From a virus (taxonomy: Duplodnaviria > Caudoviricetes), in IMG/VR virus record IMGVR_UViG_3300001528_000378, positions 1 through 64,000 of that record: 64,000 bases of DNA; one strand, given 5' to 3'. Of the stretch, positions 40,742-50,193 are shown piece after piece; position 1 is the first letter of the stretch; every line of letters begins with the position of its first letter. The position numbers were made by a program, and so were the translations under genes. The notes under the pieces are model-generated. The model worked only from the letters and a program-made list of their open reading frames with translations, was not told the origin of the DNA and ran no database searches.

Positions 40742-42313
40742 ATGAGCCAAGTAAAAAAAGAAGATTTGATTGCTGAGTTTAAGAAGCTGATGGTTAAGTA
40801 TGCCAAGAAGTTTGGTAATACTGACATGACACGTGATTGGTGGAGAGAAAATACACAGTATTCCAGCCATAATTTATCTAAATGGTATAATACTTTTTCT
40901 AATTTTAAAGAACAGGCCTTAAAAGAATCTGGTGTTAAAAAGCGTGAAAATGTATCTATTAAAACTACAAAAGATACAAACATTTCTACATATTTTGTTA
41001 CCTCTATTGTTGAGGGTGCAAATATTGAAACTGGATTTATGAGTGCCATTGACACCTTTTGTAGAGAAAACAATGCCAATAAAGTATTGTTGTGGGTGCG
41101 TGGTGTAAGACCTATGGATGCTTTTACACCTGAACAATTAGACGCATATGAAGAAAACTTATGTACTGAGTTTGTATTTAACAGTAAATTAAAAGCCAAG
41201 GATTTTATGCTACACCCGGCACAAATTCTTCCATTAACTGGATTAAGCAGATTTGGGAATAGAGATTGCTCATTAATTATTGCCTCTCCAAAACAGCATA
41301 TGACATCTGTTCCAAGGGCAAAAAATGCATCCCCACATACTTTGTGGTCTACTGGTACAGTATCCATCCCTAAATATTCCACTACTCGTGCGGGATCTCT
41401 GGCTAATCAAGACAATACGCTCGGTGGGTTAATTGTAGAAGTAGTAGATAACAAAAAGTTTTATATTAGACCTGTACAGTATAAGGATAACTATTTTATC
41501 GACTTAGGTACTAAGTATAATTCCAATGGTAAAGTAGAAAAAAATGCAGTTAAAGCAGAAGCCATTGTTTGGGGTGATTTACACTTAACAGAGGAAGATA
41601 TTGATGCAGTTAGAAGTTCTATTGCACAAACTAATTATGTTAAGGCTAAGAAAGTAGTTATTCATGACGTATGCTCCTGGAATAGTGTTAATGCACATGA
41701 TATTAATAAGTATATTGTTAGAGCAGATAAAAAGCAACAAAAACTGGTTGATGATTATGAGTATACTGCTACTGGTTTGGGGTTTATTATAAATCTGCTG
41801 AAACCCTCAAAATCTGATATTTATATTGTAAAAAGTAATCATGATAACTGGGTTAAAAGATGGGTTGAGAAAGGGGATTTTATCAAAGATCGCACAAATT
41901 CTATCGCTGGTGCAAAAGCCTTTATTAACTTTTGCAAAGGTGAGGATCCAATCGAAGTAGAAGTATTAAATAGAATTACAGACCAAAACATTAGAAATAA
42001 AGTTCATTTTATGAAAAAGGATGAACAACTAAAGGTTGCTGGATTTGAACTTGGTCAGCATGGTGAAAACGGAGCGAACGGTAGTAAGGGCAACATTCAA
42101 GGTTTTGGTCGTTCTCATGATAAAATTGTAGTTGGTCACTCTCATAGTCCCAATATCTTTTATAGTGCTATACAAGTAGGTACAAACTCTAAAATGGACT
42201 TACCATATGCAACTGGTGATAGTTCTTGGATGCACGCCAACTGTATTATTTACCCAAATGGTACGTTCCAACTTATCACCTTTATTGACGAAAATTGGAA
42301 ACTTGACAAATAA
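40742..42313 (+). CDS. T5 A1-like calcineurin-type phosphoesterase/nuclease
   Basis: GDLH, HD, SNHD, QHG..GANG..G, GHSHSP; PKQHM.SVP and TG...Y...AG N-domain motifs. Confidence 0.65.
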   Translation: MSQVKKEDLIAEFKKLMVKYAKKFGNTDMTRDWWRENTQYSSHNLSKWYNTFSNFKEQALKESGVKKRENVSIKTTKDTNISTYFVTSIVEGANIETGFMSAIDTFCRENNANKVLLWVRGVRPMDAFTPEQLDAYEENLCTEFVFNSKLKAKDFMLHPAQILPLTGLSRFGNRDCSLIIASPKQHMTSVPRAKNASPHTLWSTGTVSIPKYSTTRAGSLANQDNTLGGLIVEVVDNKKFYIRPVQYKDNYFIDLGTKYNSNGKVEKNAVKAEAIVWGDLHLTEEDIDAVRSSIAQTNYVKAKKVVIHDVCSWNSVNAHDINKYIVRADKKQQKLVDDYEYTATGLGFIINLLKPSKSDIYIVKSNHDNWVKRWVEKGDFIKDRTNSIAGAKAFINFCKGEDPIEVEVLNRITDQNIRNKVHFMKKDEQLKVAGFELGQHGENGANGSKGNIQGFGRSHDKIVVGHSHSPNIFYSAIQVGTNSKMDLPYATGDSSWMHANCIIYPNGTFQLITFIDENWKLDK

Positions 42314-42331
42314 AGAATTATTTTGTATAAT
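42303..42331 (+). promoter_or_regulatory. sigma70-type promoter, probably leaderless transcript
   Basis: TTGACA-17-TATAAT; ATG 5 nt downstream. Confidence 0.75.
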
Positions 42332-42336
42332 ATATT

Positions 42337-42804
42337 ATGAAGAAACTTGTATGTCCAGATATACTAGATGTTTTACAAGACTACAATATGCCCATAAAAC
42401 AGGTTGGTAATAACTATTTTACAACTTGTTTATGGCACAATGATAGCAACCCATCGATGGCAGTATATCCAGAAACTAATAGTTTTTATTGTTTTGTTTG
42501 TAAAAAATCTGGTACAGTAGAGAATCTAATAGCAAAATTAGAACATAAGACTTATGCACAAGTTGTAAAGATGCTTTATGGTGATAACTATGCTTTTAGA
42601 AAACTTGGCGAGGATATCAAGGAAGTAGAACCAAATAATTCCTATATGCTTGAAACATTATCAAAAGAAATTAGATTTGCCATACGTAATGGCAAACTTA
42701 ATATTGATAGAGTACCAAGCATTATAAAACAAGTAATAAGTACTAAATTAGATATGGATAAATTTAAATCATTATTGGAGGATATACGAAATGACTCAAA
42801 ATAA
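42337..42804 (+). CDS. Stand-alone CHC2 (DnaG-type) zinc-binding domain protein
   Basis: CLWHNDSNPS...FYCFVC..SG; no TOPRIM domain. Confidence 0.8.
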   Translation: MKKLVCPDILDVLQDYNMPIKQVGNNYFTTCLWHNDSNPSMAVYPETNSFYCFVCKKSGTVENLIAKLEHKTYAQVVKMLYGDNYAFRKLGEDIKEVEPNNSYMLETLSKEIRFAIRNGKLNIDRVPSIIKQVISTKLDMDKFKSLLEDIRNDSK

Positions 42805-43081
42805 TGTAGAGATTAGTAATGAGGAACCTTTTGTTTCTCCTAGTGTAGTGCAAGGTAAGCCCTATACTATTGAAAAGATTACTAGGTCTTGCGACAGGTC
42901 TTTATCTATTAATTATCAGACCTATAAAGTATCTACTACCCTATCTGCATCTGTTAAGGATAGAGAAGCCACCCTTGAAGACATTAATAGGATGGGAGAA
43001 GAAATCTATCAACTAGCAGAAGCACAGACATTAAAAGAAATTAATAAAATTAGAGAACTATTAAGTAAAGGGTATAATTAA
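42791..43081 (+). CDS. Hypothetical protein
   Basis: Coupled ORF. Confidence 0.5.
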   Translation: MTQNNVEISNEEPFVSPSVVQGKPYTIEKITRSCDRSLSINYQTYKVSTTLSASVKDREATLEDINRMGEEIYQLAEAQTLKEINKIRELLSKGYN

Positions 43082-43743
43082 TGGCTTTTAATTCAATTAA
43101 TAAAAACTTTGGTCTTACTAATGGGTATGATGTCCAAGTGCAACCCACTCAACCAGCACAACCCATTGGTTCCCAAATTTCATCCTTGTATAGTGATAAG
43201 AAATTAGTAGATCCATGGGTACAAAAAGTGGGTCAATTAGTTTCTATGTTAAAATCAAAGAGTGATTTTGGGCAGGTATCAGACATTCTATTTCGTATCC
43301 CAGTCTTAATTAATGGGGTAATTGAAATTTGGGAATATGATACCTCAAAAGAAAGAGATATTAATGCTCAAAACTTTCAGCAACATGTTGTAAATATCTC
43401 TGATTCTATCTGTAAATGGAATACAGCATCTCAAATCTACAATGAGTTGGTAGAACTTAAACAGATGGAATATGATACATGGAAAGCAAAGTCTATGTAT
43501 GTTGTTCGCCAACAATGTGCAAATGACAAAAAGATGACAGAATCTGCAATCAAAGAAGTATTTATGATGCAGAACGAAGAAATTGACACCCCCAAGAGAT
43601 TAGAGTTACTCTATCTCAATGGTACAAAAAGTGTTATTGATAACGCCATTATTAAGAGTTTGAACGAAAAGTCTAAACACTTAATCACTATTGGCCTGCA
43701 GTATAGAAATGAAATGAATGGTCGTATGACTATTGGGTATTAA
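43081..43743 (+). CDS. Helical protein, possible UvsY-like recombination mediator
   Basis: KMTESAIKE motif and long helices; lies near ssb and recA. Confidence 0.35.
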   Translation: MAFNSINKNFGLTNGYDVQVQPTQPAQPIGSQISSLYSDKKLVDPWVQKVGQLVSMLKSKSDFGQVSDILFRIPVLINGVIEIWEYDTSKERDINAQNFQQHVVNISDSICKWNTASQIYNELVELKQMEYDTWKAKSMYVVRQQCANDKKMTESAIKEVFMMQNEEIDTPKRLELLYLNGTKSVIDNAIIKSLNEKSKHLITIGLQYRNEMNGRMTIGY

Positions 43744-43745
43744 AA

Positions 43746-44516
43746 ATGGAAAACAACAGTAATTACATCCAAAAACCTATCTTTGATGGGGAATTAGAAT
43801 CCGCCGAATATGAAGCCGTTGTAGTGAAAGCAACTCCTATGGAAGCCAAGGGTACTATGCCTGCCTCTATTAGAGTAATGTTTAAAATTGACTTTCCTAC
43901 GTGTGTATCTTTTGTATCTGGCTTTATTAATCAGACTTTTAAATCTGGTGATAAAACGAGTAACTGGTTGAAAAACTTAGGTGTGTCAACTATGGATAAT
44001 AGAGTACCGATTGAGCAGTTAAAGGGTAAAAAATGCCATATTTATATTGTTCCGGGTAAAAAGGCTTTTTCTGCCAAATTGGGTAGAGAAATTCAGTATT
44101 ATAAGATTTTGTCCTTAACTCCTATGAACAAGGTTATTCCTAATGTTATGAGTGCCTCTCAACCTGTACAGCAGGCTCCTGTTCAGATGGTACAGCCTAC
44201 TATGCCAGTTCAACAACCTGTACAGCAGAATCCTTTCTTGCAACAGCAAGCACCTGCTATTAAACCTGTATATGCTACCTCGCAGACTAATTATGCTCAG
44301 CCTGTACAGCAACCACAGGTTCAGCAACCTGTTCAACAGCCCCAAGTAACTCAGTCTATGGCTGCTCAGTTGGCACAGTTTGCACAACCTGCTCAAGTTG
44401 TACAACCTACACCTCAACCTGTTCAACCTACTGTGCAAGCCACACCCAAAGCTGAGCCTGTGCAACCTGCTGTGCAACAACCGTTGCCCACTCAACCTGT
44501 GAGTTTGGATTTCTAG
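43746..44516 (+). CDS. Putative ssDNA-binding protein with Q/P-rich tail
   Basis: OB-like N-domain (YEAVV...LKGKKC.I.I), QPVQQ low-complexity linker, SLDF tip. Confidence 0.6.
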   Translation: MENNSNYIQKPIFDGELESAEYEAVVVKATPMEAKGTMPASIRVMFKIDFPTCVSFVSGFINQTFKSGDKTSNWLKNLGVSTMDNRVPIEQLKGKKCHIYIVPGKKAFSAKLGREIQYYKILSLTPMNKVIPNVMSASQPVQQAPVQMVQPTMPVQQPVQQNPFLQQQAPAIKPVYATSQTNYAQPVQQPQVQQPVQQPQVTQSMAAQLAQFAQPAQVVQPTPQPVQPTVQATPKAEPVQPAVQQPLPTQPVSLDF

Positions 44517-44558
44517 TCTAACTAGAAAAACTATATAAAATTGAGGATTATTTCTAGT

Positions 44559-44882
44559 ATGGATAAAGAAATTAAAAAAGAAACTGTTGATACTGAACAA
44601 GAAATTGTTAATTTGTGGCTTGGTAAAGATATCGATGCTACAATTAAGGGTATTGAAGACGAGCAGCTATTCACCCTCATTATGGGTCAGATGTTATCTG
44701 ATTCAGTTCAAGAAAAACAATTTATGGATTGGATTACTTCTAAAAACCCTAGTGATGTTATGAAAGCTGGAATGGCTTTGGCCAGACCTATTTTGTGTGC
44801 ATACATGTTTGGTAAAGCCAATGCAGATAAGTTTACTGGTAAGGAAGAATCTGATGTCAAAGATAGAATCATTACTAAATAG
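44559..44882 (+). CDS. Hypothetical protein
   Basis: ATG at 44559. Confidence 0.5.
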   Translation: MDKEIKKETVDTEQEIVNLWLGKDIDATIKGIEDEQLFTLIMGQMLSDSVQEKQFMDWITSKNPSDVMKAGMALARPILCAYMFGKANADKFTGKEESDVKDRIITK

Positions 44883-45933
44883 TTTAAATAAGAAGTATAA
44901 AGCCACAGGTAATGCCATTTTAAGCAAGGCTTCCGACCAAGTGGCACAGGTGGATTGGATTTCCACCAATATTTACGCTCTTGATAGAGTTATGGGTAAG
45001 GGCTTACCACGTGGTAGAGTAGTAGAAATTTGGGGCGCTGCTTCCTCGGGCAAGAGTACCTCTGCATTACAAATTATTGCAGCAGTACAAAAGCATGGTG
45101 GTTTGGCTGCATTTGTAGATGCAGAACAGACTTATGATGCCAAATGGGCAGCAGCTTGTGGTGTAGATAATGATAACTTGGTGCTTATCAAACCTGAATG
45201 GGGTGAGCAAGCATTGAGCATTGTGGAATCCATGATTGATACAGGAGAAATGGACCTTATTGTTGTAGATAGCATCCCTGGATTGTTACCTAAGGCTATT
45301 GCGGACAAAGAAATTGGTTCTCCTACGGTGGGTGAGCAGGCAAGAATGATGAGTGTATTTTTACAGAAAGTTACACCCAAACTTGCAAAAACCAAAACTT
45401 CTTTGGTACTACTCAACCAAACCAGAACCAAAATTGGGGTAATGTATGGTGATCCTACGGCATTACCTGGTGGTGCAGCAGTAGAGTTCTACTCGTCTGT
45501 AATCTTAAAAGTTAAGAGAGATAAGAAAGAAATTTCTTATGATAAGATTACAGGTGATCCGAACGGGCATAAGATGTTTGTAAAAAACACAAAAAATAAG
45601 GTATCATCCCCATTTAGAGAAACAGAATATATGTTCTACTACAATGAAGGTGTTGATAACCGTGTGGCTATTGTAGACGAAGCCCTAGCACAAGGTATCA
45701 TTGTAACTCCTGAAACTGGTAGAACATATACCATTAATGCAGACGGTGTGGAGCATAAAATTGTAAACCGTAATAGCATTGAGGATTACCTTACAGAACA
45801 TCCTGAATTAGCCAAGTATATAATGGATAAATTAGGATTACCAGATAGTTATAAAGATGCCTTTACAAACTATCCAGACCCTACAAAGAGTGAAGTAGGG
45901 GAAGATAAAACTACTGAATTTACAGAGGAATAA
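44854..45933 (+). CDS. recA: RecA/UvsX recombinase
   Basis: GLPRGRVVEIWG, SSGKS, VVDSI, QARMMS, NQTR.KIGVMYG.P. Confidence 0.95.
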   Translation: MSKIESLLNSLNKKYKATGNAILSKASDQVAQVDWISTNIYALDRVMGKGLPRGRVVEIWGAASSGKSTSALQIIAAVQKHGGLAAFVDAEQTYDAKWAAACGVDNDNLVLIKPEWGEQALSIVESMIDTGEMDLIVVDSIPGLLPKAIADKEIGSPTVGEQARMMSVFLQKVTPKLAKTKTSLVLLNQTRTKIGVMYGDPTALPGGAAVEFYSSVILKVKRDKKEISYDKITGDPNGHKMFVKNTKNKVSSPFRETEYMFYYNEGVDNRVAIVDEALAQGIIVTPETGRTYTINADGVEHKIVNRNSIEDYLTEHPELAKYIMDKLGLPDSYKDAFTNYPDPTKSEVGEDKTTEFTEE

Positions 45934-45936
45934 CAG

Positions 45937-46605
45937 ATGAAAGAAAAGTTATTTTATATGTGGGTATGGGCTGTGGAAACTATTGCAAAGATGCTTCATA
46001 CCATTGGTGATGGACTGACAGTTGCAAGTATTAAACTTGTGACTTATACTATGGATATCAAGGTTAAGCATACTAGACGTTTAGTCTATTTTGTAGATAA
46101 GCCTTCCTACTCAGAACGTACTGTAGCACACGACTTAGGTAAAAGTTTACCTGTACAAGAAGGGTACCTTTCTGAAGAAATGTTTATCTTGGCTTTTGGA
46201 CCTTACCCATTCTATGAAGAATCGAACAGATCTAAGTTGATAATTATGTATTCTTGTAAGACTCACAAGGATATCCTTATTAGTAGAGGTCTTGTGTTTA
46301 AAAGAAAAGCAGACGCAGAACAGTTTGCGGACCAATTAGTACAAGATGCAAGAAATCCATTCAAACAGTTATCTATTGAACCTACTGAAAGTGATATCAT
46401 TACAGATAAGGATTTTGAGAAGAAGAAGAAAGCATATACCGACCTGGAAAAGGCTGTGAAAACTTTTGCAAAATCCCATAAAAAAGAATATAATAAGTAT
46501 AAAAATATTCTTTTAAAAGAAGTTAAGGCCAAGACTAAAGCAAATAAAATTGTTTCCAAGTCTACTAAAAAAGTAGTTAAAAAGGCGAAAAAAGGAAGCA
46601 AATAA
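45937..46605 (+). CDS. Hypothetical protein with Lys-rich tail
   Basis: Coupled ORF. Confidence 0.5.
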   Translation: MKEKLFYMWVWAVETIAKMLHTIGDGLTVASIKLVTYTMDIKVKHTRRLVYFVDKPSYSERTVAHDLGKSLPVQEGYLSEEMFILAFGPYPFYEESNRSKLIIMYSCKTHKDILISRGLVFKRKADAEQFADQLVQDARNPFKQLSIEPTESDIITDKDFEKKKKAYTDLEKAVKTFAKSHKKEYNKYKNILLKEVKAKTKANKIVSKSTKKVVKKAKKGSK

Positions 46606-47462
46606 TGTTTATATACATCTCTGACCTCCATCTTAGTGATAAACAGCCTATATCCCGTGTAGATAATGTGTTTGAGGCTGGGATGTATAAACTAGAATAT
46701 GTATTACGGCGGGCCAAAGAACTTGGTACATTTGTAGTATGTGGTGGGGATTTCTTCCACGAACCAAGAGTAAGCTATAAAGTATTAAATGGCGTTATTG
46801 ACTTGCTTAAAAAGTATCAAGTAGATGTATACACTGTGTTTGGAAATCACGACTTGATAGGGGTGAACGAGTTAGACGAAAGTTGTGCTTTGTTCACTCT
46901 TATCAAGAGTGGTCTTATCAAAAAGTTAGATAAGTTAGAAACACCCGAATTTATTATTCACTCATTGGGATACACAAAAGAAATTCCAAGTAGCTATTAT
47001 TTTAATCTAGATAGCACGAAAAAGAAGATTCTGGTTGTGCATAATGCTCTAACTACTGAAAAAGCCAGATATGACCATATATTAGTCAAAGATTTTCATA
47101 CAGATGCAAACTTGGTATTGTGTGGACATATACATCAATTCTTTGCCAAAAAGGTTAGTTCTACTGTATTTATTTCTCCCAGCTGTATGGTTAGACGGTC
47201 AGTAGCAGAAAAAGACCAAGAACCCTGTATTATATTAGTGGATAGTAAAGTTACAGTAGAAAAAATACCATTAAACCAAAAGGCGGAATTTTGTGTTACT
47301 ACCTCAGAAGAAGTAAACACAGCTCTATCAACTGCTATAACTGATTCTAAGGTAGAATCCAGTAATATTGAAGAATACATTAATTCTAGTCCCTATGAGA
47401 AAAAAGTAAAAGATTTCTGCATAGATAGGATTAATAAGGTAAGGAGTGAAAATGCCTATTGA
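46605..47462 (+). CDS. sbcD: SbcD/Mre11-like nuclease
   Basis: SDLH, GGDFFH, GNHD, GHIH motifs. Confidence 0.85.
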   Translation: MFIYISDLHLSDKQPISRVDNVFEAGMYKLEYVLRRAKELGTFVVCGGDFFHEPRVSYKVLNGVIDLLKKYQVDVYTVFGNHDLIGVNELDESCALFTLIKSGLIKKLDKLETPEFIIHSLGYTKEIPSSYYFNLDSTKKKILVVHNALTTEKARYDHILVKDFHTDANLVLCGHIHQFFAKKVSSTVFISPSCMVRRSVAEKDQEPCIILVDSKVTVEKIPLNQKAEFCVTTSEEVNTALSTAITDSKVESSNIEEYINSSPYEKKVKDFCIDRINKVRSENAY

Positions 47463-47700
47463 TTTGAATGAAGTAATGGATAGCATTAATCAATTAAAGA
47501 TGATGCGTGCTTCCTTAGAGGGAAGACAGAAACAGCTTAAATCTCAACTTGAAACTCAATTAATGCCTGAGTTTGAGAAGTTAGGGGTTACACCCGACAC
47601 TATTGAAGATACAATCAAAGTGGAAGAAGAAGACGTAAATAACTCCTATAAGAAGATTAATGATTTAATATCTTCTGTTAATGCTAACTTAAAAGTGTAA
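47452..47700 (+). CDS. Small coiled-coil protein (possible SbcC middle piece)
   Basis: Heptad-rich 82 aa between sbcD and the SbcC C-half; AAGGAG RBS. Confidence 0.55.
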   Translation: MPIDLNEVMDSINQLKMMRASLEGRQKQLKSQLETQLMPEFEKLGVTPDTIEDTIKVEEEDVNNSYKKINDLISSVNANLKV

Positions 47701-47701
47701 T

Positions 47702-48355
47702 ATGCAAAGACTACTAGACGAAATCAATAAGCTAGATAAAACTGTGGTGTATATACAGTCAAAACTAGATGATGCAATCAAGAGAAAAGGACAGCTTGAG
47801 AATAATATTAAACTAGCCACAGAGCTACATGATATATATTCTAAGGGTTCTGCACTCTTTAAGGACGCGTCTATTAATTGTCAAAAGCAGACCAATGAGA
47901 GAATATCTAACATTATAACTAAACTTTATCAATTTGTATTTGAGAGTAATGATAAAGTTATTATTTCCACAGATATTAAAAGAAACGTACCCGTGGCATC
48001 TATCTTAATTGAAGCAGAAAAGAATGGTGAAATCGTTACATTAGATCCTGTGGAAGAAGAGGGGGGCGGTAAGCTGGATATCATATCTCTTGGTCTAAGG
48101 TTGGCAGGGTTGTTATTATACACACCCACACTAAATAGAGTTTTGATATTAGACGAACCATTAAAAAACTTATCAACAGATGAAACATCTGCAAAGGCTT
48201 ATAGACAAAGAACTGCAGAATTTTTAAAAATGGTGTGTAAAGACTATCATATTCAGGTTATTATGACCACACATGATAAAACTTTTGTAGATATTGCAGA
48301 TAAAAAGTTTGTACTTTCACAGGATGATGAACACTATGCAACCATCGGAAACTGA
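47702..48355 (+). CDS. SbcC/Rad50 C-terminal half
   Basis: Coiled coil, then EGGG signature-like motif, LILDEP Walker B, TTHD H-loop; no Walker A. Confidence 0.8.
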   Translation: MQRLLDEINKLDKTVVYIQSKLDDAIKRKGQLENNIKLATELHDIYSKGSALFKDASINCQKQTNERISNIITKLYQFVFESNDKVIISTDIKRNVPVASILIEAEKNGEIVTLDPVEEEGGGKLDIISLGLRLAGLLLYTPTLNRVLILDEPLKNLSTDETSAKAYRQRTAEFLKMVCKDYHIQVIMTTHDKTFVDIADKKFVLSQDDEHYATIGN

Positions 48356-49055
48356 GAAAAAACTTATTAAAGAGGGGAACTACAATATTATTGGGACTAA
48401 CATATCTGGTGTAGATAATTATGTCGGGCCAATGGTAGGTTGTTCTATTGTACTAGATTATTATAATATATCTAGGTATGTAGATCCTCTGCTTAAAAAT
48501 GTATTACTAAATGCCAATGAAGTTAAGGAACTAATGGGTAGTTTTAGGTATCATACTTTTCATTTTATGGAAGTACCCACAATTAATATGGTGCGTAATT
48601 TGGAATTTGCAGAGCATATGGCAAAGTTTAATTCGGCCAATAAATTAGTTTGGGATATGCTTAAAAAGTGTGAAGTACCAGATGCTTATATAACCGCTGA
48701 TAAGCCTCTAACAGAGGTTATAGATACAAAGGATGATTCTCTACATAGTGATGGTAGAGATAGGTTTGTTCTTTGGAATACAAATCACTCATTGGAATTA
48801 GTTACTCCAAAAGCCATATTTGTAAGTAAAGCAACTAAAAGTACCTTAGTTACTAGGATTACAAAGAAATTAGCAAATATGGTTTTAGATATTAAATTAA
48901 GGGCATTAGATAAAGACTTTGAAAAGTATGATATATCAAAGTACCCTGGTAAGGAACAAGTGGAATATGTAAAGAAGTTTGGAAACACCATACACCATAG
49001 AGTATTTCTACCAGACTTGTCTAAATACCCAATGGGAAAATTGTTCTATGACTAA
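48336..49055 (+). CDS. Degenerate RNase HII-like protein
   Basis: IIGTNISG...VGPMVGCSIVL and YPGKEQ..YVKKFG.TIHHR match RNase HII termini; DE catalytic pair missing. Confidence 0.55.
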   Translation: MQPSETEKKLIKEGNYNIIGTNISGVDNYVGPMVGCSIVLDYYNISRYVDPLLKNVLLNANEVKELMGSFRYHTFHFMEVPTINMVRNLEFAEHMAKFNSANKLVWDMLKKCEVPDAYITADKPLTEVIDTKDDSLHSDGRDRFVLWNTNHSLELVTPKAIFVSKATKSTLVTRITKKLANMVLDIKLRALDKDFEKYDISKYPGKEQVEYVKKFGNTIHHRVFLPDLSKYPMGKLFYD

Positions 49056-49632
49056 ATTAATTATTGGTATGGATAATGGTACAACAGCTTCTTATGCAGC
49101 CATTAATACACAAGGCGAAGTTATAGAATTTAAGCATGTTCCTACATTTAAATTAGATAAATGGACTAAGCCAAAGAAAAAGAAAGGAAAAGAAGTACAG
49201 GGGCATATTACAGTAATAGATATTAATGCACTTAAAAAAGACTTTAAGAAACTATTTAAGAAGCATAATATAGATCCTAACAATGTAAAATGCTATTTGG
49301 AAAGACCTGCTGTTGGATTTTCTGGTTGGAGCGTATGGACATCTCTATCAGGTATTTCTGCTTGGGTGTCTGTACAGTATGTTCTATTAGACTTAGGTAT
49401 TAAGTATTTTACCATTGATAGTAAAGAGTGGCAAAGTAATTTAATACCACAGGCTATGGGTACAAATGGTACAAAGAAATTAAAATCAACAGATCGTAAT
49501 AAGAAATTAAAAGAGGCTTCTGATAAGTTGGCATTAGAGATTTATCCAGAAGCAAAGTTGAAAGATAGCGGGGATGGTGATAGCATTAATATTGCATATA
49601 ATTACTATCTCAAAGAACAGGGAAAGTTATGA
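49048..49632 (+). CDS. RuvC-like Holliday junction resolvase
   Basis: IIGMDNG, YLERP, KEWQ, DGDSINIA. Confidence 0.7.
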   Translation: MTKLIIGMDNGTTASYAAINTQGEVIEFKHVPTFKLDKWTKPKKKKGKEVQGHITVIDINALKKDFKKLFKKHNIDPNNVKCYLERPAVGFSGWSVWTSLSGISAWVSVQYVLLDLGIKYFTIDSKEWQSNLIPQAMGTNGTKKLKSTDRNKKLKEASDKLALEIYPEAKLKDSGDGDSINIAYNYYLKEQGKL

Positions 49633-49793
49633 AATGTGATAATTGTGGGAAAGAGATAGGAAGTTTTTGTTATCAAGTTCCTCAGGGTGTATATGGAAAC
49701 AGAAAGCCTTGGGCATTTTGTACTAAAAAATGCTTAACCAAAAAGATTAAGGTAGCATTAGATAAGAAAAAGGAAAGAGAAAATGGCAAATAA
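49629..49793 (+). CDS. 54-aa TRASH-like Zn-finger peptide
   Basis: MKCDNCGKEI...FCTKKC; ATGA overlap with upstream stop; not in the ORF track. Confidence 0.6.
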   Translation: MKCDNCGKEIGSFCYQVPQGVYGNRKPWAFCTKKCLTKKIKVALDKKKERENGK

Positions 49794-50193
49794 TGTTGGA
49801 AGTGTTTTCGCTGTGTGTAAATATTGTGGAAGTTTATTTGAAGTTGAAGCAGGTAAGGATATCCCAGATTGTTGTGGTAGAGAAGCCTGCAAGAAATCCA
49901 TGAATAACTCTCGTGTGGTATCTATGCCAATTTATGGAGCAAATGCAAGTATTGTAACTTATTCTGGTGGGCAAGACTTGGGTGGTAGTGAAGAACCACA
50001 GGGGGATAACAATGTAGTTAAACTTGCAAAAGAAGTTGATACGACAAAGAAGGATAATGACAATGCCAAAAAAATTGAAAAAGACATCAAAAAACGATTT
50101 GGAATCAAAACCAAAAAAACGAGTAAAAAAGCAGGAAGTAAGTCTACTGCAAAAAAAGCCAAATCTGGAAGAGTTCCTAAAACAAGCAAGTGA
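49783..50193 (+). CDS. Zn-finger protein with basic tail
   Basis: CKYC...CCG..AC; K-rich C-terminus. Confidence 0.5.
   Translation: MANNVGSVFAVCKYCGSLFEVEAGKDIPDCCGREACKKSMNNSRVVSMPIYGANASIVTYSGGQDLGGSEEPQGDNNVVKLAKEVDTTKKDNDNAKKIEKDIKKRFGIKTKKTSKKAGSKSTAKKAKSGRVPKTSK

Noticed and set aside
44511-44558. CTAG-containing inverted repeats after the ssb-like gene
   Set aside because: Short AT-rich stems without a U-tract or recurrence; cannot support a terminator or operator call
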